Assembly (NCBI GenBank): GCA_038061815.1
Contig: JBBTYK010000007.1
Location: 1 to 37,701 of the forward strand
Direction of reading: 5' to 3'
From: Patescibacteria group bacterium
Lineage (GTDB): Bacteria > Patescibacteriota > Patescibacteriia > Magasanikbacterales > JBBTXJ01
DNA: 37,701 nucleotides
Shown here piece after piece: positions 30,348-37,701 of this stretch (the stretch's first letter is position 1; every line of letters begins with the position of its first letter). The notes below the pieces were generated by a model. It did no database searches and had not been told where the DNA came from. It was given only the letters and a program-made list of their open reading frames with translations. The translations under genes and the position numbers were made by a program.

Positions 30348-32399
30348 TTATTCAACTTTTTTACGCGCGCCGAGCACGAGCCACGTTCCTTCTTTGATGT
30401 ACGGCTCAAGAAAACGCATGAATACGCGCGTAACGGTAATGGCGGAAAACATGCTCACGAGCACGCCGATGGCGAGCGTCACCGCGAATCCGCGCACCAC
30501 GCTCGTGCCGAACCAATACAAAATGGCGCAGGCAATCAACGTGGTGACGTTGCCATCGCGAATAGCCAGCCATGCACGCGCAAATCCTTCGGTCACTGCG
30601 CGCGCATACGTCCTGCCGTCGCGCAGTTCCTCTTTCATTCGTTCAAAAATGAGAATGTTCGCGTCAACCGCCATGCCGAACGACAAAATGAGACCCGCGA
30701 TGCCGGCGAGCGTTAGCGTCACCGAAAGTAATTTGAACAGCGCAAGCAGTACCAATCCATACACGATAAGCGCCAAGCCGGCCATCACACCCGACAATCG
30801 GTAATACAAAATCATAAACAACAGCACGAGCAAAAGTCCAACGATGCCGGCGCGCAGACTTTTTATGAGCGATGCGTGTCCCAAAACCGGCCCCACGGTT
30901 GATTGGCTCACAAGCTGTACCGGCAGCGGCAGCGCGCCAGCGTTCAGGCGCTGCGCAAGCGTCTTCGCTTCGTCAATGGAAAAACTGCCGGTAATCACGG
31001 CCTGACCGCCGCTGATTTTCTGCTGTACGGTTGGAGCGCTGATGATTGAACCGTCAAGAAAAATTGCCACTGGTTTGCCGATATTGCGGCCGGTGATTTC
31101 TTCAAACAAATCGCCGCCTTCATTATCAAATTGAAGTCCAACCTGCACCTCGCCGGTTTGCTGGTCAAACTGCACGGTCGCGCGGTCAAGCTGTCTTCCT
31201 GACAATGCTGTCCGCAGCCATGGGTCAAGTTCCGGCGCGATTTCCTCCGCCGTGGTGCGGTCAATCATGATATGGCGCGCCTCATACTGCTTTTCCTTGA
31301 GCTGCGCGTATTTATAAACGAGGTGAAAACCAAACGGCGTTTCCACAGGGTCGGAAATGGCGCCTTCCGGCAACGCAAAGGCAGCCTCTTCAAAATTGGG
31401 CGTCATCGCGCCGCGTCCGAATTCGCCGAGGTCGCCGCCAAGCTGCGCGCTACCGGAATCATCGGAATTTTTTTGAGCGAGTTCCGAAAAGTTGGCGATG
31501 GTCGCCTGCGCGCGAAGAGATTGCGCCTTTTCCAGCGCTTCGTCGCGCGTTCTATCCGATTGACATCGTTCCGCGCCTTGAAAACACACAAGGATATGGC
31601 GCGCAGAAACGGAACTGACCGCCACCCGTTCGCTTTCCACTTTGATGATGTGATACCCGATGTCGCTCTCCAATATATCGCGCGCCACCGCGCCCACCCT
31701 TCCTTTTTGCTGCGCAAACTGATAGAGCTGCTTTTGCAGCGTTTCTCCGGCAGAACTGACGAACCCAATATATCCGCCGCTCTCTTTCGTTTTTACATCC
31801 TGTGAAAATTCCTTCGCGTAATCGGCAAAATTTTTCGCACCTGACAGTACGATATTCAAAACTTCTTTCGCTTTTTTGCGCTCCGCGTCATTCGCGTCGC
31901 CGAGCTGTTTTTTCTGCGCATCCGTCAACTCCGGCTGCGGATTAGGATTTTGTTCCTTAAATTCAAGCAACGGCGTTTCGCCGATTTCCTTGATTGCCTG
32001 TTTCAAATCAATGACGCCAGGTAAATCCACGATGACGCGATACGTTTCGCCCGATACGTTGGTCTGCACAAGCGGTTCGGAAACGCCCATGGCATTCACG
32101 CGGCGTTCAATAACATCGCGCGCGCCGGCAACCGCGTCATCGCGCTCCGATGAAGGCACGCCTTTCGTGTCCACTTCATAGGTGAGATGCGCGCCGCCCT
32201 GCAAATCAAGACCCAAACGGTAATCTGGAATGTTCGGCTGCGGGAGCGAAAGGCCCGAACGCGCCTTTATTGCGCCGACAAGACGCTCATACGGCGCCGG
32301 AAAATCAAAAACGAGCGCTCCGAACATCAGCACAAGAATACCGAACAGCGCCCACTTGACGTTCATTCGGCTCATTTGTTTTGATTCCTGCTTTTGCAT
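30348..32399 (-). CDS. secD: Protein translocase subunit SecD with two parvulin-type PPIase domains inserted in the periplasmic P1 head
   Basis: SecD signatures: LGLDLQGG, DGSIISAPTVQQKISGGQAVITGSF, and the TM core GMAVDANILIFERMKEE. Residues ~155-372 contain ARHILV..GGDLGEFGRGAMTPNFEEAAFALPEGAISDPVETPFGFHLVYK (parvulin signature). A preceding degenerate copy is FADYAKEFSQD..SGGYIGFVS......GYHIIKVE. Confidence 0.9.
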   Translation of the reverse strand: MQKQESKQMSRMNVKWALFGILVLMFGALVFDFPAPYERLVGAIKARSGLSLPQPNIPDYRLGLDLQGGAHLTYEVDTKGVPSSERDDAVAGARDVIERRVNAMGVSEPLVQTNVSGETYRVIVDLPGVIDLKQAIKEIGETPLLEFKEQNPNPQPELTDAQKKQLGDANDAERKKAKEVLNIVLSGAKNFADYAKEFSQDVKTKESGGYIGFVSSAGETLQKQLYQFAQQKGRVGAVARDILESDIGYHIIKVESERVAVSSVSARHILVCFQGAERCQSDRTRDEALEKAQSLRAQATIANFSELAQKNSDDSGSAQLGGDLGEFGRGAMTPNFEEAAFALPEGAISDPVETPFGFHLVYKYAQLKEKQYEARHIMIDRTTAEEIAPELDPWLRTALSGRQLDRATVQFDQQTGEVQVGLQFDNEGGDLFEEITGRNIGKPVAIFLDGSIISAPTVQQKISGGQAVITGSFSIDEAKTLAQRLNAGALPLPVQLVSQSTVGPVLGHASLIKSLRAGIVGLLLVLLFMILYYRLSGVMAGLALIVYGLVLLALFKLLSVTLTLAGIAGLILSFGMAVDANILIFERMKEELRDGRTYARAVTEGFARAWLAIRDGNVTTLIACAILYWFGTSVVRGFAVTLAIGVLVSMFSAITVTRVFMRFLEPYIKEGTWLVLGARKKVE

Positions 32400-32456
32400 G
32401 TTGGAGAATAGTCTATCTGAACGGCCTCAAAAACGCAATGCGAGTTACGCACACCG

Positions 32457-35165
32457 TTACGCTGCGTGACACTTTTTATATTTTTTCCCTGAACCGCACG
32501 GGCAGGGTTCGTTGCGGCCAGTTTTCGGCATCGGTTCAGCGCTCTTTTGCGCTCCCCCATCCCCGTTCTCCCCTTTTACCGCGCCGCGCATCTGAATCCC
32601 CTGTTTTTCAAGCAATGACGGCGCCATCACCGCGGCCGCGCCCATTTTGAAGATGGTGTTCGCCACATCATGCTGTATGGCGCCGAGCAATTCCTGATAC
32701 ATATAATACGTCTCTTTCTTGTACTCAACCAGCGGGTCGCGCTGGGCATATCCGCGCAAGCCGATGCCGCCGCGCAGATGGTCAATGGCAACCAAATGGT
32801 CAACCCACAGCGTGTCAATGGTGCGAATCAACAGCATTTTTTCCAATTCGCGCATGATGTCCGGATTGTCAACCGCCTGTTCCATCGCATCATACGTGCG
32901 CCGCGCCGCATCCGTGCACACCGCCACCGCGCGATTCACCGCATCCTCCGCGCCATGCTCCGCCGCAATCTTTTTCAGTTCATCAACCGTCACCGGCGCC
33001 AGCGGAATTATTTTTGAGAGCGCCTCAACAATCGCATCCGTTTCCCAGCCGTCCGCGCCCGCATGCGTTTCAATGACGCCGCGCACCTCTTCATCAACCA
33101 TTGTAAGAATTACGTCTCGAAGCGCGCGATATCCTTCGCTCGTTACTTCCAGCACGCCTTCCGCCAATTCCAAAATCTCGCGACGGCGGCGATAAATCGC
33201 CTCGCGATGTTTGTTCAACACGTCATCGTATTCAAGCAAGTGCTTGCGGATGTCAAAGTTGTGGCCTTCCACTTTCTTCTGCGCGGTTTCAATGGCTTTG
33301 CTCACCATGCCCGCCTCAATCGGCACATCTTCCGGCACTTTGAGCCGCGACATCATGGAACCGATGCGCTCACCGCCAAAAATACGCATCAAATCGTCTT
33401 CCACCGATACGTAAAACTGTGTGAAGCCCGGATCACCCTGCCGACCTGAACGACCGCGGAGCTGATTATCTATGCGGCGCGATTCGTGACGCTCCGTACC
33501 GAGCACGAACAATCCGCTCGCTTCACGCACGCGCGCTGACTCATCCGAATCCGGCGGATTGCCGCCGAGCACAATGTCAACACCGCGGCCAGCCATGTTC
33601 GTGGCAAGCGTCACGGCGCCGGCGCGTCCCGCCTGCGCGATAACCTCACCTTCACGTTCGTGGTTTTTCGCGTTCAGCATCTGGTACGGAATGCCCTCGC
33701 GTTCCAGCAACAACCCCAACTCTTCGTTTTTCTCAATGGAGATGGTGCCGAGCAACACCGGCTGTCCGCGTTCATGCAACTCTTTGACATGTTTCACTAC
33801 TGCGGCAAACTTTGCCGCCTCGGTGCGATAAATCCTATCCGGCTGGTCGGCGCGCCGGTCCGATTTGTTCGTGGAAATCACCACCACTTCCAACTTGTAA
33901 ATGTTCGCGAATTCCTCCGCCTCGGTCACGGCCGTGCCCGTCATGCCAGCCAATTTTTTGTACATGCGGAAATAATTCTGGAACGTAATCGTGGCCATAG
34001 TCTGACTCTCGCGCTGGATTTTCACGCCCTCTTTAGCCTCAATCGCCTGATGCAATCCTTCCGAATAGCGCCGACCAGGCAATTTGCGGCCCGTGAATTC
34101 GTCAACGATAACCACTTCGTCGTTTTCCACCACATAATGGCGGTCGCGCTGAAACAGCGTCTGCGCGCGAAGCGCCTGTTCCACGTGATTGGCCATCCGC
34201 ATGCCGCCGGCCGTGTAAATGTTTTCCACGCCGAGCCACTGTTCCATTTTTTTGATGCCTGCATCGGTGAGGTACGTTGAACGAAGTTTTTCGTCAACTT
34301 TATAATCATCTTCTTTCACCAAACGCCGCGCGAGTTCGGCAAATTTGTAATACAGTTCCGTTGCTTCTTCCGCAGGCGCGGAAATGATAAGCGGCGTGCG
34401 CGCTTCGTCAATTAAAATGGAGTCCACTTCATCAACAATGGCATACCCGTGGCCGCGCTGCGACATTTCCGCGAGCCGCCCCACCATGTTGTCGCGGAGA
34501 TAATCAAAACCGAATTCGTTGTTGGTGCCGTAGGTGATATCGCACTGGTACGCTTCCTGCCGCGCGCATGGACGCAGGTATTCATATTTCACTTTGAACG
34601 AACCGGTAGTGTCGCGTTCCGTGTCCTGCGTACTACCCTCATCGTGTTCTTCCGATTTACTGCGATACGACGGGTCATACATAAATGTCGCGCCCTGATG
34701 TTGAATGACACCGACCGAAAGACCGAGCGCATGGTAAATCTGCCCCATCCACACGGTGTCGCGGCGGGCCAAATAATCGTTCACCGTCACGAGATGCGCG
34801 CCCGTTCCCGCGAGCGCGTTGAGATAGAGCGCGAGCGTTGCGGTGAGCGTTTTTCCTTCACCCGTGCGCATTTCCGCAATCTGTCCGCGATGGAGCGCGA
34901 TGCCGCCTTTCAACTGCACATCATAATGACGCTGACCGAGCGTGCGTTTCGCCGCTTCGCGCACAGCGGCGAACGCTTCAGGAAGCAAATTATCAAGAGG
35001 TTCTTTTTCGAGCCGCTTCCGGAACTCCTCCGTTTTCGCCTTCAATTCATCATCCGTCAAGCGCACAAAATCCGGCTCAAAAGCGTTGATTTTCGCGACA
35101 AGAGGGTCCATCTGCCGCACAACTTTGGCGTTGGGATCCCCAAAGATTTTCGTCAATAGAGACAT
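32457..35165 (-). CDS. secA: Preprotein translocase ATPase SecA
   Basis: 902 aa. [19 protein letters not shown]-terminus, Walker [42 protein letters not shown], and the C-terminal zinc finger [13 protein letters not shown]. Confidence 0.98.
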   Translation of the reverse strand: MSLLTKIFGDPNAKVVRQMDPLVAKINAFEPDFVRLTDDELKAKTEEFRKRLEKEPLDNLLPEAFAAVREAAKRTLGQRHYDVQLKGGIALHRGQIAEMRTGEGKTLTATLALYLNALAGTGAHLVTVNDYLARRDTVWMGQIYHALGLSVGVIQHQGATFMYDPSYRSKSEEHDEGSTQDTERDTTGSFKVKYEYLRPCARQEAYQCDITYGTNNEFGFDYLRDNMVGRLAEMSQRGHGYAIVDEVDSILIDEARTPLIISAPAEEATELYYKFAELARRLVKEDDYKVDEKLRSTYLTDAGIKKMEQWLGVENIYTAGGMRMANHVEQALRAQTLFQRDRHYVVENDEVVIVDEFTGRKLPGRRYSEGLHQAIEAKEGVKIQRESQTMATITFQNYFRMYKKLAGMTGTAVTEAEEFANIYKLEVVVISTNKSDRRADQPDRIYRTEAAKFAAVVKHVKELHERGQPVLLGTISIEKNEELGLLLEREGIPYQMLNAKNHEREGEVIAQAGRAGAVTLATNMAGRGVDIVLGGNPPDSDESARVREASGLFVLGTERHESRRIDNQLRGRSGRQGDPGFTQFYVSVEDDLMRIFGGERIGSMMSRLKVPEDVPIEAGMVSKAIETAQKKVEGHNFDIRKHLLEYDDVLNKHREAIYRRRREILELAEGVLEVTSEGYRALRDVILTMVDEEVRGVIETHAGADGWETDAIVEALSKIIPLAPVTVDELKKIAAEHGAEDAVNRAVAVCTDAARRTYDAMEQAVDNPDIMRELEKMLLIRTIDTLWVDHLVAIDHLRGGIGLRGYAQRDPLVEYKKETYYMYQELLGAIQHDVANTIFKMGAAAVMAPSLLEKQGIQMRGAVKGENGDGGAQKSAEPMPKTGRNEPCPCGSGKKYKKCHAA

Positions 35166-35235
35166 AATAAAACCACGGCTATCCTACCACAGACAGCCGC
35201 GTTTGGGAAGGGCCGAGCTTTAACGCGGTCAACCC

Positions 35236-35265
35236 TTGACACACACCATCATCACTTGCGATAAT
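35236..35265 (+). promoter_or_regulatory. Sigma70-type promoter (TTGACA-N18-GATAAT); the -10 ends 8 nt before the ATG at 35274
   Basis: cTTGACAcacaccatcatcacttgcGATAATacctctatATGgagg. There is no SD between the -10 and the ATG. Confidence 0.6.
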
Positions 35266-35273
35266 ACCTCTAT

Positions 35274-35594
35274 ATGGAGGAAACAAACAAAAAACTAGAC
35301 GACATTTTGGAAATTGTGACGTTCATCAAAGATAACGCGGCCATGCAGAGCGACATGGACGCGAGGTTTGATGAATTGAGAAGCGACATGGACGCGCGGT
35401 TTGATGAGGTGAAAAGTGAATTAAGTGCAATACGCACGGATATATCGGACATCAAACAACGGCTGACAGCGCTGGAAAAGCGCACACTGGAAGATGCTAA
35501 TGTGGCAGCGCAGGACATTTTGGAACTACGGCAACGCGTAGATGAGCTGGAACGAAAGCTCACGATTCTCGAACACGCACATCAGCCGGCATAA
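35274..35594 (+). CDS. Small coiled-coil protein (106 aa), function unknown
   Basis: Heptad/hendecad-like charged pattern throughout (DARFDELRSDMDARFDEVKSELSAIRTDISDIKQRLTALEKR..LRQRVDELERKLTILE). It has its own promoter. Its 3' end overlaps the convergent hpf by 13 nt. Confidence 0.65.
   Translation: MEETNKKLDDILEIVTFIKDNAAMQSDMDARFDELRSDMDARFDEVKSELSAIRTDISDIKQRLTALEKRTLEDANVAAQDILELRQRVDELERKLTILEHAHQPA
35349..35414 (+). repeat. Tandem 33-nt (11-codon) direct duplication inside the coiled-coil gene
   Basis: agcgacatggacgcgaggtttgatgaattgaga / agcgacatggacgcgcggtttgatgaggtgaaa, which reads SDMDARFDELR / SDMDARFDEVK. Confidence 0.9.
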
Positions 35595-35917
35595 AAACCA
35601 CCTCGTCGTTTTGCGAGACGTCTTTCTTTCAAATCAACCAATTGCCGTTGCAGTTCATCGTGCACTTCGTCAATCGCGGCGTATAAATCTTCGCCTTCTT
35701 CACGTGTGCGAACAACCGCAACGCCGGGAGCGCGCACGTGCGCTTCACAGAAAAATATCTGCCCCTTGTTGTGATGCCCCGTGGTTTTGCCAACCTCAAC
35801 ATCAACATTCGCCGTATCCGTATGCAGATACTTTTCCAGCGCCTGCATTTTTTTCTCCACCTGCGCGGCGATGGCGGCGGTCAATTCTATTCCCATGGTT
35901 TGGATGCGGATGTTCAT
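35582..35917 (-). CDS. hpf: Ribosome hibernation promoting factor / RaiA family (short form)
   Basis: 111 aa. MNIRIQTMGIELTAAIAAQVEKKMQALEKYL...VEV.K......GQIFFCEAHVRAPG..VVRTREEGEDLYAAIDEVHDELQRQL matches the sigma54-modulation/S30EA fold pattern. Confidence 0.9.
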   Translation of the reverse strand: MNIRIQTMGIELTAAIAAQVEKKMQALEKYLHTDTANVDVEVGKTTGHHNKGQIFFCEAHVRAPGVAVVRTREEGEDLYAAIDEVHDELQRQLVDLKERRLAKRRGGFYAG

Positions 35918-35924
35918 AAATTAT

Positions 35925-35964
35925 GGATTCTATCGGGCCGACGTCCGTCGGCCCTCCAGAACGA
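35925..35964 (+). repeat. Intergenic hairpin repeat, copy 2: ggattctatcg-[GGGCCGAC gtcc GTCGGCCC]-ctccagaacgac
   Basis: Same flanks as the copy at 6337-6374, with a different, perfectly paired 8-bp stem. It lies between murB and hpf. Confidence 0.8.
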
Positions 35965-35968
35965 CAAA

Positions 35969-36925
35969 TTAAAACCCGATATATTGTATCTCCTCCTCCA
36001 AATCAATGCCGAATTTTTCCGCAACGCGCTCCTTCACTTTCAACACCAGCGCGCGAACGTCCGCGGCGGTGGTGTGACCCATGTTCAAAATAAAATTGCC
36101 GTGCACATCGGACACCATCGCATCGCCGATGCGCTCGCCTTTCAAACCCGCCTGCTCAATAAGCCAACCGGCGGAAATGCGTTTTTTCGCCAAAAACTCT
36201 TCCGGCACATTTCCCCATCGCGCGTCCGGCTCTGAAAACTCATAATTTTTGAAGACGCATCCGGTGCTCGCGGCGCCCTTCGGCTGTGTTTTGTTGCGTT
36301 TATCCAGATATTCCATCATCTTTTTTAACCCGTTGCGTTCAGCATCCAGTTTCAATTTCAACGTGACGCCAAGCACAATCCCGCCGTTTTCTTTGAAAAT
36401 GCTGTGGCGATAACGAAAAGCGCATTCCGCGTTTGAAAACGTGTGCGCCTCGCCGTCCACGAGCGCATCCACGGATTCCACTACATCTTTCATCTCGCCG
36501 CCGAACGCGCCCGCATTGCCGCGCACGGCGCCTCCCGCAGTGCCGGGCACGCCAATCCCCCACTCAAATCCCGTGAGACCGCCGTCTATGGATGCGCGCG
36601 CCAGCGCCGCCGTCAGAATGCCGCCATCGGCAATGACGCGGTCATCCGCAACGCTGTACGCATTCATTTCTATTTTAATCGCCATGCCGTCAAATCCTTC
36701 ATCCGCAACCAGCATGTTGCTTCCGCCGCCGAACACAAAATACGGCAACGAGTGTTCGTGCGCGAGCGTAAGCGCTTGTTTCAGTTCGTCCACGCTTTTC
36801 ACCGGCACGAGATACTTCGCCGGCCCGCCAATTTTGAATGTGGTGTACGCGCCAAGCCGCGCGCTCTGTTTCGCGTTGGGGAATGCGGCTTCAATTTGTT
36901 CCCAGATTTTGTCATTGCTGGACAT
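35969..36925 (-). CDS. murB: UDP-N-acetylenolpyruvoylglucosamine reductase
   Basis: FAD-binding domain TTFKIGGPAKYLV..., GGGSNMLV, and GAGGAVRGNAGAFGGE. The C-terminal domain has SAGWLIEQAGLKG. Confidence 0.94.
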   Translation of the reverse strand: MSSNDKIWEQIEAAFPNAKQSARLGAYTTFKIGGPAKYLVPVKSVDELKQALTLAHEHSLPYFVFGGGSNMLVADEGFDGMAIKIEMNAYSVADDRVIADGGILTAALARASIDGGLTGFEWGIGVPGTAGGAVRGNAGAFGGEMKDVVESVDALVDGEAHTFSNAECAFRYRHSIFKENGGIVLGVTLKLKLDAERNGLKKMMEYLDKRNKTQPKGAASTGCVFKNYEFSEPDARWGNVPEEFLAKKRISAGWLIEQAGLKGERIGDAMVSDVHGNFILNMGHTTAADVRALVLKVKERVAEKFGIDLEEEIQYIGF

Positions 36926-36932
36926 AGAAATT

Positions 36933-36977
36933 AGATCCCTCGACTCGGCCCGACTTGTCGGGCCTCGCTCTGGATGA
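36933..36977 (+). repeat. Intergenic GC-rich hairpin repeat between murC and murB (GGCCCGAC tt GTCGGGCC core, flanked by ATCC...GGAT)
   Basis: agatccctcgactcGGCCCGACttGTCGGGCCtcgctctggatgac. It shares ccctcgact and the gatgac end with the in-frame copy at 12311-12356. Confidence 0.75.
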
Positions 36978-36979
36978 CA

Positions 36980-37701
36980 TCATACCAACTTTCTCGCTAC
37001 TATATCAATATCCCCCGCGCCCATGATGACCACCACATCATCCTTTTTCATGTTGGCGCGGAGCCAGGATTCAGTTTCATCAAGCGTAGCGGTATATGCC
37101 ACTTTTCTTCCATCCTGAGCGAGTCCGCCTGGGCGGACGAGTCGAAGGACTGCATCCGCCAATTTTTTTGACGTCACATCATGGTCTTTATCCTCCTCAC
37201 GTCCGGCCACGTCATAAATCTCATTCAAAACCAACACATCCACCGGCGCGCGCGAAAGCGCGTCCACAAACTCTGTGAACAAATTTTTTGTTCTATTGTG
37301 CTGATGGGGCTGGAACACCAAAATCACGCGCCGTTTTGGATACAATTCCCGCACCATCTTCATGGTCTCGCGGATGGCCGTGGGATGATGGCCGTAGTCC
37401 GAATAGATAACAGCGCCGTCACGCTCCCCCACCTTTTCAAACCGCCGCCAAATGCCGCGAAACTCCGCGGCAACGCGCTCAATCACCGGTTTCGGCACGC
37501 CGACAAGCGCGGCCGCCATGCCCGCCGCTACGGCATTTCGCACATTAAACGCGCCCGGCACGCCAACTGCCATCTTTTCCGATTCCTTCCCAAACACCCG
37601 CGTCTCCCCCTTCCATTTCAACTGCTGGCAGCCGTAATCATCTGACGAACGAATGAGCACGCCGTCCTTCGGCAATACATCAACAAATTCCTGATACACC
37701 T
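36980..37701 (-). CDS. murC: UDP-N-acetylmuramate--L-alanine ligase, C-terminal ~240 codons (5' end beyond the right window edge)
   Basis: Mur ligase central and C-terminal domain motifs: PGAFNVRNAVAA, IYSDYGHHPTAIRETM, VLVFQPHQHNRTK, VLVLNEIYDVAGRE, VVVIMGAGDI. The frame stays open to the window edge. The murC-murB order is canonical. Confidence 0.92.
   Translation of the reverse strand, partial: VYQEFVDVLPKDGVLIRSSDDYGCQQLKWKGETRVFGKESEKMAVGVPGAFNVRNAVAAGMAAALVGVPKPVIERVAAEFRGIWRRFEKVGERDGAVIYSDYGHHPTAIRETMKMVRELYPKRRVILVFQPHQHNRTKNLFTEFVDALSRAPVDVLVLNEIYDVAGREEDKDHDVTSKKLADAVLRLVRPGGLAQDGRKVAYTATLDETESWLRANMKKDDVVVIMGAGDIDIVARKLV

Noticed and set aside
6337-36977. Whether the dispersed GC-rich hairpins constitute a CRISPR array or other regularly spaced repeat locus
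   Set aside because: The copies are scattered over 30 kb, lie in different genes and intergenic regions, have no constant repeat unit or regular spacer length, and no cas genes are present. They are REP/MITE-like dispersed repeats, not CRISPR.

Overview
This 37.7-kb window comes from a compact, gene-dense bacterial chromosome. I call 39 protein-coding genes, mostly on the minus strand, many separated by 0-15 nt or overlapping.

Gene content, left to right:
- gltX (partial), a tagA-like GT26 and thpR.
- clpB, with a CIRCE operator in its promoter.
- A secreted four-repeat protein, then priA-def-fmt.
- A surface-glycan cluster: O-antigen-ligase-like protein, GT2, GT4 and a Wzx-like flippase.
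- The 3' part of the ribosomal/RNAP operon: infA-rpmJ-rpsM-rpsK-rpsD-rpoA-rplQ-rplM-rpsI.
- gtrA, alaS, a compositionally foreign orphan gene and mnmA.
- An FN3-repeat surface protein, an alpha/beta hydrolase and tdk.
- A three-gene membrane/ATPase module, then secF-secD-secA.
- A small coiled-coil gene, hpf, murB and murC (partial).

Several proteins have reduced architectures: a 121-aa L13, AlaRS without a C-Ala domain, RpoA without an alpha-CTD, and PriA without ATPase motifs. Together with many GC-rich hairpin repeats, this suggests a reduced-genome uncultivated lineage such as Patescibacteria/CPR. That assignment is inference only. No rRNA, tRNA, CRISPR array, transposase or integrase was found.

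Leads most worth a second look:
1. A ~530-nt highly structured non-coding transcript (11246-11778), bounded by a promoter and a terminator, that I cannot assign to any housekeeping RNA family.
2. A VirD4/TraD-like coupling-ATPase module with two membrane partners and no other type IV secretion genes. It sits between secDF and tdk and has its own hairpin-rich leader.
3. SecD carrying two parvulin-type PPIase domains inside its periplasmic head.
4. Short GC-rich repeat families inserted in-frame, always in the same orientation and frame, into housekeeping enzymes.
5. A recurrent TTGACA-N17/18-TAnnnT-N6-9-ATG layout implying leaderless mRNAs.
6. A GC-rich orphan gene with different codon usage and its own promoter, strong SD and terminator.
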